From NCBI GenBank assembly GCA_964600295.1, contig CAZRIY010000003.1, positions 1 to 59,351 of the forward strand: DNA of 59,351 nt, written 5' to 3'. Shown one piece after another: positions 10,003-18,671 of this stretch (position 1 is its first letter; every line of letters starts with the position of its first letter). The translations under genes were made by a program, and so were the position numbers. Origin of the DNA: an uncultured Candidatus Saccharibacteria bacterium (lineage in GTDB: Bacteria > Patescibacteriota > Saccharimonadia > CAZHVB01). Below the pieces are notes generated by a model. The model was not told the origin of the DNA. It did no database searches and saw nothing but the letters and a program-made list of their open reading frames with translations.

Positions 10003-10269
10003 CTATTTAGCATTGATTTTTCTAAACCGCGCTTGAGACCTACCTTGATGCTCGATGTTTTCCAGAAAGTTCTTGGCAGTTCTTACCCAAACTATGTCTT
10101 TTTCCTGTGAACGATACACCACGCAGGGAGTCTCATTGTCTTCTATAAAGCCAGTGGCCACGATCGCATATAGCCCACCCTTATAGTGCTGGTAAGTATC
10201 CCCATCCGCCGGCCGTTCCAACCCATCCCACTGGCTCAGAATTTCCTCAATCGGCTTGACCTTGCTCAT
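10003..10269 (-). CDS. DUF1653-family protein
   Basis: YQHYKGGLYAIVATGFIEDNETPCVVYRS matches the DUF1653 signature as I recall it. Confidence 0.65.
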   Translation of the reverse strand: MSKVKPIEEILSQWDGLERPADGDTYQHYKGGLYAIVATGFIEDNETPCVVYRSQEKDIVWVRTAKNFLENIEHQGRSQARFRKINAK

Positions 10270-10346
10270 TTCGCTAGTGTAACAAAATTTTTACGCTCTT
10301 ATCTGTATCTAAAATAGGCTCGCACTTTTTATATTAAAATCAGTGC

Positions 10347-10871
10347 ATGAAGGAAGTAGTTTGGGTGTATGGGGCTAGCGCATCAGGAAAAGAAACCTTT
10401 ATTCAAAATATGGTCAACTCACCGACTCCAGCTGTATTAGAACAATTGGGGTGGAGTCAAAAAAAGATTGCGGCTTGTGAAGAAAGCTTGAAATATATAG
10501 GCCAGTTTTATAAGGATCCAATAACAGAATCAAGAAGCCAGATTATGGATCGAGTACCAGAACTCCTGGAACGGGCAGATGTAATTTTGTTAAAGGGGCA
10601 ATTTGTCGATTTTGCGGCGAATAGACTCGGAGCGCTTAAAAAATCGCTGCCCTTGGTAAAACATCGGGTTATATTACTCCAGGTTGACTTAGATGAACTC
10701 AATCAAAGATTGATTCAAAAGCCTTGGTGGAAAGAAGATTGGGACGCAGCAAAATTTTCAGCAGATGAGTTAGATGGGATTCGGGCCGCATTGGATGACA
10801 AGAATCTTCAAATTACCGTAATAGATGCCAACAAGTCGGGTGGATACAAGCTAATCAGAAGTGGCTGGTGA
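10347..10871 (+). CDS. P-loop NTPase / small kinase-like protein
   Basis: Walker A YGASASGKET near the N-terminus. The stop codon TGA (10869-10871) lies inside the left att repeat. Confidence 0.55.
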   Translation: MKEVVWVYGASASGKETFIQNMVNSPTPAVLEQLGWSQKKIAACEESLKYIGQFYKDPITESRSQIMDRVPELLERADVILLKGQFVDFAANRLGALKKSLPLVKHRVILLQVDLDELNQRLIQKPWWKEDWDAAKFSADELDGIRAALDDKNLQITVIDANKSGGYKLIRSGW

Positions 10872-10884
10872 CCCCAGCGGGAGT
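10866..10884. repeat. left direct repeat (attL core), a copy of the tRNA-Glu 3' end
   Basis: TGGTGACCCCAGCGGGAGT is identical to 39839-39857. Confidence 0.75.
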
Positions 10885-11047
10885 ATAACTACTTTCCGAT
10901 TTTTATCACTTCAAGTGGTGAGCTTAACGCTACCATTGTCGAACACCATCTTTCCATGTCTCGAGGAAATGGACAAGCGCCTAGAAGAGCTGGGGATCGT
11001 TGAGATCAATGGTGAAATGACTCTCATATCCGATCAGGAGATGAGAG

Positions 11048-11533
11048 ATGTTTAAATTACTGCGCAGGAAAACTGTTTCAGGAGACGAATTACTTAAATC
11101 TCAATTGTTTAATGAACTTACCTTTTACAGAGCATTTTACAGAGACATGTGGACTGCCCAGAGGTCAATAATCATTGAAAGTCCTTACTTAACAGAACGT
11201 CGGGCGCAACAATTTGCGAAAACTTTCAGAAAACTCAAGAAACGAGGTGTGAAAGTTAGGGTTAATACACGTGAACCGCATCATCACCCACCTAGATTAC
11301 GCATGCAATCACTTGCCTCAATCCAAATACTTAAGCAATCCGGTGTGAATATTTATGTCTGTAGCGATATGCGACACCGAAAATTGGCTATAATTGATAA
11401 CAACATTCTTTGGGATGGCAGCCTTAATATCTTGTCTCAAGCTCGTAGCAAAGAAGTCATGCGCCGGACGAATTCGGCCATGCTGTGCAGGCAAATGGCA
11501 GTTTTTACAGGTATAAACAACCGGTATCGGTGA
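11048..11533 (+). CDS. phospholipase D-like (HKD) nuclease, Nuc-like
   Basis: 161 aa with a single HKD motif, HRKLAIIDNNILWDGSLN. Its size matches the single-HKD Nuc endonucleases of conjugative plasmids. Confidence 0.75.
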   Translation: MFKLLRRKTVSGDELLKSQLFNELTFYRAFYRDMWTAQRSIIIESPYLTERRAQQFAKTFRKLKKRGVKVRVNTREPHHHPPRLRMQSLASIQILKQSGVNIYVCSDMRHRKLAIIDNNILWDGSLNILSQARSKEVMRRTNSAMLCRQMAVFTGINNRYR

Positions 11534-11547
11534 TATACTAATCCACC

Positions 11548-11748
11548 ATGGACGACTACGAGATCAACGAAACCGACATCAAGAAAGTAATCCGCTACTT
11601 AGAGATTCACGATTCAAAGAACGCTGATCGAGATTATGCGATTCAGTTTTTAGAATCTATGCAGGGCCTGGCTGGGGAAATTACCCGCTCGGGTGGTTTA
11701 ACTCCTGAACTGCTTCAAAAAGCTTTCGAGAAGAAAAAGTCCACCTAA
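11548..11748 (+). CDS. hypothetical small protein
   Basis: 66-aa ORF with ATG start, 14 nt after the nuclease stop. No recognisable motif. Confidence 0.35.
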   Translation: MDDYEINETDIKKVIRYLEIHDSKNADRDYAIQFLESMQGLAGEITRSGGLTPELLQKAFEKKKST

Positions 11749-11960
11749 AACGGCAGAATGTCCGAGGACTTAACGCCGAGAGCTTTAGCCAGCTTTTTTA
11801 AGGTTGATACTACCGCTGTTCTCTCGCCGCGTTCTATTTTGGCGTAGGCGTTGGTATTGATGCCAGCTCTAGCCGCCAATTCCGCTTGGGTAAGACCATT
11901 GGCGAGCCTATATTGCTTTAGTTTGCTCGCTACATGCTTATTCATGTTATTGATTTTCAT
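11745..11960 (-). CDS. XRE-family HTH transcriptional regulator
   Basis: LKQYRLANGLTQAELAARAGINTNAYAKIERGER. Confidence 0.8.
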   Translation of the reverse strand: MKINNMNKHVASKLKQYRLANGLTQAELAARAGINTNAYAKIERGERTAVVSTLKKLAKALGVKSSDILPF

Positions 11961-12111
11961 GCGCTTCCTTGGCGTAAATATTCCCTTTGTCCTGATGAAC
12001 CACGTAATATTTCATTTTTCTATTCTAATCTATTTCGTTGGCAATTAGCCTGGTCAATCGTTTTGTACAGACCCGCTATTTAGTCCCATTTCTGTGAAGT
12101 GCAATCAGAGC

Positions 12112-12717
12112 CTAGGTATTTTTCCTTAGCTCAATAGTGCCAGACCTAGTGCGTGCGTTAAAGTAAGTGCCTTTGACTTTGCCGTTTTTGCGAAATACCA
12201 AGCTAGCTGTACCGTCGTGGGGTTGCATGTCGGGATCAGCTATGGCGCTGAAGGGCTTATTGGTATAGGTGTAAGTAAGCCGAGTGGATTTACCATCAAT
12301 GTCTATCTGACTGGCCATGTATGAGTAAGATTCTGACGTTTCCGTTCCGACCGTGGAATAAATGACCATTTTAGTCCAGTCCTGAACTATCTCTACGGTT
12401 AGTGCCAAATTTGTACCGTCTTTGTACGAAGAAGAGAGTTCCCCGGTAAATTTCCCATTGAGATTAGCAGTTATCGGCAGCCCAAAATACTTAAGCACTG
12501 TCCACTTCCACGCAACTTTGTTGTAGAAGCTAAAAACGGCGGCGTAAAGTGCGCCGAAAGACGGGCCAACCATTACCCAGGGCTGTAGGTTTGAGAATAA
12601 GTTAGTTTGATCAATGCCACTATTTACAAGTGGTGTGAGAAAAACACAGATCAGCCCAATGATAATATAGCATCGGAGTTTATCAGTATTTACGGCGTAA
12701 GAATGCATCCCGTTCAT
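12112..12717 (-). CDS. cap15: CBASS effector, Cap15-like (two N-terminal TM helices plus a beta-rich C-terminal domain)
   Basis: 201 aa with two TM helices (YIIIGLICVFLTPLV and VMVGPSFGALYAAVFSF). The C-terminal half is beta-rich and ends ...GKVKGTYFNARTRSGTIELRK. It starts 1 nt after the CD-NTase stop. Confidence 0.65.
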   Translation of the reverse strand: MNGMHSYAVNTDKLRCYIIIGLICVFLTPLVNSGIDQTNLFSNLQPWVMVGPSFGALYAAVFSFYNKVAWKWTVLKYFGLPITANLNGKFTGELSSSYKDGTNLALTVEIVQDWTKMVIYSTVGTETSESYSYMASQIDIDGKSTRLTYTYTNKPFSAIADPDMQPHDGTASLVFRKNGKVKGTYFNARTRSGTIELRKNT

Positions 12718-12718
12718 G

Positions 12719-13603
12719 CTAAACTACCAATTCTTCAGCTAGGGTTAGGACGACCGTTTTTGCCTCGGGTGCCGAAAAACTACCTGGATCAGTTCTGAAT
12801 AATTCGTGGATATTGTCTACAGATTTGAATGGGGTCAAATCGGCTGTTAGTAACCAGTGTAAAACGCCGGTAAGACGACCGTGATGCTCATCAATAAATA
12901 AGTCATTCGGTGCGTTATAAACCAAGCACTCTAAAAGATAACCGGGGGCTATTTTTGGATCAAGCTTCCCGGAGCTGGCAGCCCTGCGTTTAAGGTGTTT
13001 TGCCTGCCGAACCGTTGACTTGAAGTTCTCGCGCGTAGCCTGATTCTTAGCAGTACCATTTATTTCATGTAGCTTTGGGTAGTTGATGATCACCAGGCCC
13101 TTTTGGGTAATCAACTTAGTTCCTTCTACAAACCGGCCCTTAGTTATGCTGTCGTAATTAACATACACACGATGTTGGATTGCTGGCACTACGTCAGCAT
13201 CGACATAACCTTCAATTTTATTCACCCTAATACATTTATCACGCGGATCGACTCTATTCGCGCCAAAATAATAAGCTAGGGCCTTTATCGTGTCTCGCCT
13301 CAGTTGGGCTGCGCCGTAGGAAACGAAGTGGTGGTCTCGATCATAAGCTTGCTTCTGCGCGGGTGCCAGTAAACTGGTATCAGCTATCCATGAAGACTTT
13401 AGCATTACGACAATATCAACGTCGGCATCACCTCGGATATTGGTCGCATTTGCGTATGATCCCTGCAGAAAGACCTCAATATTTCTGGCTTTGAGATCAT
13501 CGTTACCTGCAATGGCTAGCTTAGCGGCAGCATAAGTGCGCGCCATTGCATCCCTTGTCCCTGCTGCTGCCCAATTTCCAACTTCTGTTGCTGTTGCCGC
13601 CAT
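12719..13603 (-). CDS. CD-NTase / SMODS-family nucleotidyltransferase (CBASS cyclase)
   Basis: 294 aa. The motif LQGSYANATNIRGDADVDIVVML (GS...DxD) plus a downstream acidic DADVVP match the cGAS/DncV-like active-site layout. Confidence 0.75.
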   Translation of the reverse strand: MAATATEVGNWAAAGTRDAMARTYAAAKLAIAGNDDLKARNIEVFLQGSYANATNIRGDADVDIVVMLKSSWIADTSLLAPAQKQAYDRDHHFVSYGAAQLRRDTIKALAYYFGANRVDPRDKCIRVNKIEGYVDADVVPAIQHRVYVNYDSITKGRFVEGTKLITQKGLVIINYPKLHEINGTAKNQATRENFKSTVRQAKHLKRRAASSGKLDPKIAPGYLLECLVYNAPNDLFIDEHHGRLTGVLHWLLTADLTPFKSVDNIHELFRTDPGSFSAPEAKTVVLTLAEELVV

Positions 13604-13728
13604 TTTCTTAACCTCTTACTTACTTTGTGAAGGCATTTTGAACGCTAGCTTTGACTTGGCTCGGTGTCGCCTTCTAAGTTTGTCTGGGTGTTTCCTAACA
13701 ATTTCGTTCGACATCTTTTACTCTCAGG

Positions 13729-16242
13729 TTACTTCGATACTGGCTCAATAAGTTTGATTTCATCAGCCTTAATAACTGTATCGAATAACCCGATGTCTTC
13801 GCCTTTATGCCGATCAATGCCCGTATATCGCAGACTAGAGTCCTCATACCGCTTAAATTTATAAACGGCATCATTCATTAGGGGACCGTTAAACACCCCT
13901 AGACTTACTAATAGTTCAAAATCTCTTATGGATAGCCCAGTTACCTTCTTAAATAGCTCCGGCTCAAGCTGGGTGATTACATCCTTCAATGTTCTTTCCC
14001 GATGGTCCGTGAGATACATGAAAACAGGAATTCGAGTAGCAAATTTTATCAGCTTCTCCTGGATCTGTTTGCGTATACTCTTGTACTCCTTTTCGGCTTC
14101 ACTTAATTCCTTTTTCTCTTTTGGCTCCAACTCTCTTTCGTTTGCCTCTTGCTTTGTCTTGTTAACCTCGTCAGTTTTGTTAATGATAGTTTCAATATCT
14201 TGATTTAGACTTCTGAAACCCTCAATGCTCATTAAGGCTTTCATGGCTTCTGGGCTGTCTAAAAGCCTCTGTAGCGTTGCGTTGTCAGCATTTACAAGCA
14301 ATGCGCTTTCCCAGCGTCTGGCGAGCATAGTGGCCGCTGTACCGGTCATAGCAATATCTAGTATCCCGGCTGCATCAATTTGTCTCATCGAACTGCCATC
14401 ATATGCGAGTACTGGAAGGAAGTGTATGAACTCCTCGACCTTTTTCTCAGGATTAGTCTCGCCAATATTTAGCCTGTCGCTATAATCGGCAATCTGTCTA
14501 AGAGCACGATTTGGTGCAAAATCGAATACATAGCATTCCTGCTTAACGATCTCTTCCTTATTGGGTGATTTGTCGTCAGGATTTTTCACTGTCCACGGGC
14601 TTTGAACCCTGAAAGCTGCCTGAAAATATGTTTCCGGGCTGGAGGTGCTTCGAAGCATGAATATTCCTGTCCATGGCTTCACGGTGACACCTGTTGTTAG
14701 TTTTCCGCATGAGAGCGTAATAGTTTTGGTTTTAAGGGGGTCGGGATTTTCCATCGCATCCTGTACGGGATAAAGAGCGTCTACACCGATTCCGGCACTA
14801 CTTCCAGCTGCGACAATAACTTCATAGTCGTGGTAGAACTTATTTTGCATTTGCATCAGTAAACTCTTCATTGCATGACACGCGGCAACTGAGGGGAGAA
14901 ACCAGAAAGTATGTGACAAAACGCTTAGTAGAGGCGCGTGAGAAAAGGGCATCGGGGGCTTCTTTGCCCCCATCTTAAGATTATCTATGGTTGTTTCCTG
15001 CAAGGCCCCCCGTATCAGGTCCAGCCACTTCTGCACTTCGTCTTCGAAGGTAAAGGCAGCATCCTTGCCAAGTCCCTTGGCGGCAAAGAACACATTCAAG
15101 TCAAATTCACTAAACTCGCCTTTCATTGCAACTTCACTGATTGAGTCAGGTAGTTGATATGTCATCATGACCATGCGCGGCAATGGAGCATACGGATTAT
15201 CTAAACCTTGCCAGTTTTCTTTTGCCTTTTGCTCATCGGAATATGTCCAGTTATAAATCTGCTCTTCAATGAACTCCCCAGAAGATATTGCTCTAAAGGG
15301 TGTGCCAGAGAGATAAAGATAAGCATCCGTGTGGATGGGCATTATCGCTTCATCAAAATATTCAATGCCTTCACCCTCGGCAAACTCTAGTTCTTTTTTC
15401 TCCTCAGCTTCAAATAAATCTTTTGCGTTTTCTCGCCAGGCTCCGTAGTGGTATTCGTCGAAGACAACAATGTCCCATTTGGTTTTATGGACCCATTTAT
15501 TTTTGGCTTTTATCCCCCCGGCAGAATTTTTTCCCAGGAAGTCTTGAAAAGATCCAAAGCATACAAACGGTTTTGATTGATCCAAGTCCTGATAATTAAG
15601 TGTGCCTTCTTTGCTGGAAACAAATTGCCAGCCCTCAAAGTCAGTATGGGTACGCAGGTCCTCCTCCCAGGCGCTATGCACAGCAGGTTTAAAGGTTAGT
15701 ACTAGCACCTTACTCATTTTCATTTTTTTAGCCAGCTGGTAAGTTGCAAATGTTTTTCCGAAACGCATCTTGGCATTCCAAAGAAAATGAGGAGTTTTAT
15801 TATAGTTTTCTGTCTTAAAACTTTCGAAGTATTCAACTGCTTTTTCAACAGCTTCGGACTGCTCCGGTCTCATGGCAAAGCTATGGGTTCGGTTTTCAAT
15901 ATTCTTTTCACCCGATTTGACAGCTTGAATAGCAGCTCGGACATCATCGACGGTACATTTAAACCACTCCCCATCAATATTCTTGATGCCTTTTCGCTTT
16001 AAGTAATTATGAATATCGAAGTCTGAGAATGCGGAACCGTCTTTGCGCATAGCAGTTTCTTCTAACACTATCCGGAAACTTAGCCGACTGGTTTTTAGCT
16101 GCTCATCAACTCGGCTTCTCGCATTCCTGGCTGTATATCCAACTTTCAATAACCCAGTGTGACTTGATACGTCAATAAGTTCATACGCATATATCGTAGG
16201 ATTTGCATCTGGGCGTTGTGGGAAGAATTTATTTGCCATCAC
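13729..16242 (-). CDS. T5orf172 (GIY-YIG-like) domain fused to an SF2 / ResIII-type helicase; putative restriction subunit
   Basis: N-terminus IYAYELID...LLKVGYTARNARSRVDEQ...GEWFKC. Helicase motifs are I (RFGKTFAT), II (VVFDEYHY) and III (LSGTPF). Confidence 0.8.
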   Translation of the reverse strand: MMANKFFPQRPDANPTIYAYELIDVSSHTGLLKVGYTARNARSRVDEQLKTSRLSFRIVLEETAMRKDGSAFSDFDIHNYLKRKGIKNIDGEWFKCTVDDVRAAIQAVKSGEKNIENRTHSFAMRPEQSEAVEKAVEYFESFKTENYNKTPHFLWNAKMRFGKTFATYQLAKKMKMSKVLVLTFKPAVHSAWEEDLRTHTDFEGWQFVSSKEGTLNYQDLDQSKPFVCFGSFQDFLGKNSAGGIKAKNKWVHKTKWDIVVFDEYHYGAWRENAKDLFEAEEKKELEFAEGEGIEYFDEAIMPIHTDAYLYLSGTPFRAISSGEFIEEQIYNWTYSDEQKAKENWQGLDNPYAPLPRMVMMTYQLPDSISEVAMKGEFSEFDLNVFFAAKGLGKDAAFTFEDEVQKWLDLIRGALQETTIDNLKMGAKKPPMPFSHAPLLSVLSHTFWFLPSVAACHAMKSLLMQMQNKFYHDYEVIVAAGSSAGIGVDALYPVQDAMENPDPLKTKTITLSCGKLTTGVTVKPWTGIFMLRSTSSPETYFQAAFRVQSPWTVKNPDDKSPNKEEIVKQECYVFDFAPNRALRQIADYSDRLNIGETNPEKKVEEFIHFLPVLAYDGSSMRQIDAAGILDIAMTGTAATMLARRWESALLVNADNATLQRLLDSPEAMKALMSIEGFRSLNQDIETIINKTDEVNKTKQEANERELEPKEKKELSEAEKEYKSIRKQIQEKLIKFATRIPVFMYLTDHRERTLKDVITQLEPELFKKVTGLSIRDFELLVSLGVFNGPLMNDAVYKFKRYEDSSLRYTGIDRHKGEDIGLFDTVIKADEIKLIEPVSK

Positions 16243-17746
16243 CTAGGTCCATGGGGCGAATTAGCGATTCTATAAATTCTATTTCATTTTCGCTCAGACT
16301 ATACTTGCGATAGAGTTTGTCATCGGTCCATTTTTCGCTGAAATCTTGTACTGGTACGAAGGAATAAACTCCTTTGGCAGCATTTTGAGTGTTCTTCTTA
16401 AGGAGCACTAGAAACCTAAACAATCTGGTGCTTACGTACTGGCAAATATTGTTACAAATTTCAAGATCTTGATTAGCACCCAAGATTAAATAGGTCTCTG
16501 AGCATGCAGTATTTGATCCCGCAACCATGGGTTTACCTAATATCTGGTGAGGGAATGAATCACTACCGCTCCCAGCTTTAGAAATAAGGACTTTGTTGCT
16601 ATCCACCAATTTAATGTTTCTAGTCAGCATAGTTTTATCGGCATAAGAGATGCCTCCGTTTCTAAAGATTTTAACGTCGCCTTGCTTGGGAGTACTCCTC
16701 AGCGTAACGTTTGGCTCTATCCCAAATGGATTTCTTGAACTAACTTGCTTGATGAAGCTTTCTTCATTTTTCGACTTAACCTTATGGAGAATCGAAATTG
16801 CCTCGTTATATCGAATAAACGTATCGGCACCTTCTTCTAGAAGAGGTCTTGTCATTTCTGACACATTTTTACCTTTACGCGATGTAACCACATTGCATTC
16901 GCCTCTATGATCTCGATCCCACAAAAAGTAACAAACACCGCCTTTTATTTGAACCCCTGGGAAACAGTCTATAGCTTCGGGGAAATCAACGATTTGCCGT
17001 ATTCTATCGTCTTTGAGCATGCTATCTCTAAACTCATCTAGTCCCTTACCACCAGAGTACCAACGTGCTGGAATAATCATAGTAAGGTATCTAGGACTTA
17101 GTTTTTTAGCTTGTTCAACAAAATTGTTATAAATAGGCTTGGCGCTCGTCCCCATACCGCCGCCATCATTTAGTTGATAAGGCGGATTGCCAACTATTAC
17201 ATCAAATCTCATGTTATTGAAAATCCTTTCTGGCTTAGGCGTGTGTATGAATTGATAGGCATGTGTTTCAAGCTCCGTGCTTCGCTTATAAACTTCTTTA
17301 CTTGCTCCACAATAACTACAGTTACCCCTAACCCACGTATGATTAAATCTGTTATATAAGATATTGCCTTTTTCATCATCGAATTCTTCACAGACTGAAT
17401 ATTTACCATCCGCTCGCTTTGAGCAGTACAAGCTTCTTCTGGAAAGAAGTGAGGTAAGTTCTGTAATTGCAATTCCATAAAGTTGGTTTTTATATATGTG
17501 GTTAACTCTTTCTTGAACATTTGGTATTTCATTTTCTAAACCCTCCATTAATCTCTTTGCTATTTCTCTCATAAAAACACCGGTTTTAGATACAGGATCT
17601 AAAAACGTAACATTTTTGTCACTCCAAAACTCTTTAGGCAACAGGTCGAGCATTTCATTTACAAGCCTCGGTGGAGTAAAGACTTCATCGTTACTTAGAT
17701 TGGCAAGACAAGTAAGAACATCGGGATTGTAGTCGGTTTTTATCAT
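16229..17746 (-). CDS. Eco57I-family N6-adenine DNA methyltransferase with C-terminal target-recognition region
   Basis: FTPPRLVNEMLDLL, motif I FLDPVSKTGVF and motif IV VGNPPYQ. A Cys-rich insert (YCSK..VCEE..CSYCG) lies between motifs I and IV. Confidence 0.85.
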   Translation of the reverse strand: MIKTDYNPDVLTCLANLSNDEVFTPPRLVNEMLDLLPKEFWSDKNVTFLDPVSKTGVFMREIAKRLMEGLENEIPNVQERVNHIYKNQLYGIAITELTSLLSRRSLYCSKRADGKYSVCEEFDDEKGNILYNRFNHTWVRGNCSYCGASKEVYKRSTELETHAYQFIHTPKPERIFNNMRFDVIVGNPPYQLNDGGGMGTSAKPIYNNFVEQAKKLSPRYLTMIIPARWYSGGKGLDEFRDSMLKDDRIRQIVDFPEAIDCFPGVQIKGGVCYFLWDRDHRGECNVVTSRKGKNVSEMTRPLLEEGADTFIRYNEAISILHKVKSKNEESFIKQVSSRNPFGIEPNVTLRSTPKQGDVKIFRNGGISYADKTMLTRNIKLVDSNKVLISKAGSGSDSFPHQILGKPMVAGSNTACSETYLILGANQDLEICNNICQYVSTRLFRFLVLLKKNTQNAAKGVYSFVPVQDFSEKWTDDKLYRKYSLSENEIEFIESLIRPMDLGDGK

Positions 17747-18381
17747 GCGGCTCCTAATTCTAGAAAGTGTTTAACTGGATATTCTTTAATCGGTGTGGGT
17801 ATGAATGCTTTATCTCCTAGCGGTTCGAATAATGAACCTGCCTCAGGTGGAGAGTTTTCCAATAGATTTGCCAATGTAAAATCGCGTCTTTTAACAAGTA
17901 GACTATTGACCGAGCTCCATTCAGAAAAAATAATAGCCTTGGCATTTTGATCAGGTGTTTTTAGAGTGAGGGCATCTCCCCATGAAATGTTGCGACTGAG
18001 AACAAACTTTACTGTTTCTCTGCACGATTCCTTACATCTGCCCTTAAAAAGCTTTGTATAACGCTCATCAAATATTTCAAACATAGAGGCCCGACACTCA
18101 TCTACGTTATCCTCGAGAATATCAATTCCATAAATGCTTGATACCGCCACTAATGCATACCGCTCGTACTCTAACTGGCTTTTTTTGTAACGCTTCTCAA
18201 CTATGGCTTGTTTACGACGCAGAACTTCAGCCAAAAAATTACCGGTTCCACACGCAGGCTCTAGAAAACGTGAGTCAATACGCTCTGTTTCCTGCTTAAC
18301 TAGGTCAAGCATGGCATTAACTTCACGAGCATTCGTGAAAACTTCACCGTGGTCTCTAACTCTTTGCTTGGATTTATGCAT
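17743..18381 (-). CDS. methyltransferase-like protein with SAM-binding N-terminal half only (no NPPY/W motif)
   Basis: GEVFTNAREVNAMLDLV and LEPACGTGNFLAEV are present, but no catalytic motif IV. ATGA overlap with the downstream methylase. The ATG at 18381 has an AGAGGG Shine-Dalgarno sequence. Confidence 0.6.
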   Translation of the reverse strand: MHKSKQRVRDHGEVFTNAREVNAMLDLVKQETERIDSRFLEPACGTGNFLAEVLRRKQAIVEKRYKKSQLEYERYALVAVSSIYGIDILEDNVDECRASMFEIFDERYTKLFKGRCKESCRETVKFVLSRNISWGDALTLKTPDQNAKAIIFSEWSSVNSLLVKRRDFTLANLLENSPPEAGSLFEPLGDKAFIPTPIKEYPVKHFLELGAA

Positions 18382-18589
18382 TGATTGACCCTCTTTTGAC
18401 ACTTAGGCTGACATCTATCAGCCTAAGTATTTCCTCTTTCTTGAACCTGCGGTCACCGCGCGTTCCGAAGCGAATAGCTTCAACCTTGCCCTGATTTACC
18501 CAGTTGCGAAGAGTATTAGGATGGCAGTTCAAGACTTCGCAGGCCTGTTTGAGCGTTAAGACTTCAGGTAGTTCTTCAATCTTCATCAT
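18374..18589 (-). CDS. excisionase-family / MerR-like HTH DNA-binding protein
   Basis: LTLKQACEVLNCHPNTLRNWVNQGKVEAIRFGTRGDRRFKKEEI. It overlaps the start of the R-M-like operon. Confidence 0.7.
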   Translation of the reverse strand: MMKIEELPEVLTLKQACEVLNCHPNTLRNWVNQGKVEAIRFGTRGDRRFKKEEILRLIDVSLSVKRGSINA

Positions 18590-18671
18590 CAAGTCACATA
18601 ACTTACCATAAGTTTACATTAAGTCCATCAGATGCTCAATAAAGGAGCGGAAGGTAGTTGGAAAGTAGCCT

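Noticed and set aside
18374-18589. Calling the excisionase-family HTH the recombination directionality factor of the ICE
   Set aside because: It heads, and overlaps, the R-M-like operon 20 kb from the integrase, and serine integrases use unrelated RDFs. It is kept as a generic HTH, possibly an R-M controller.
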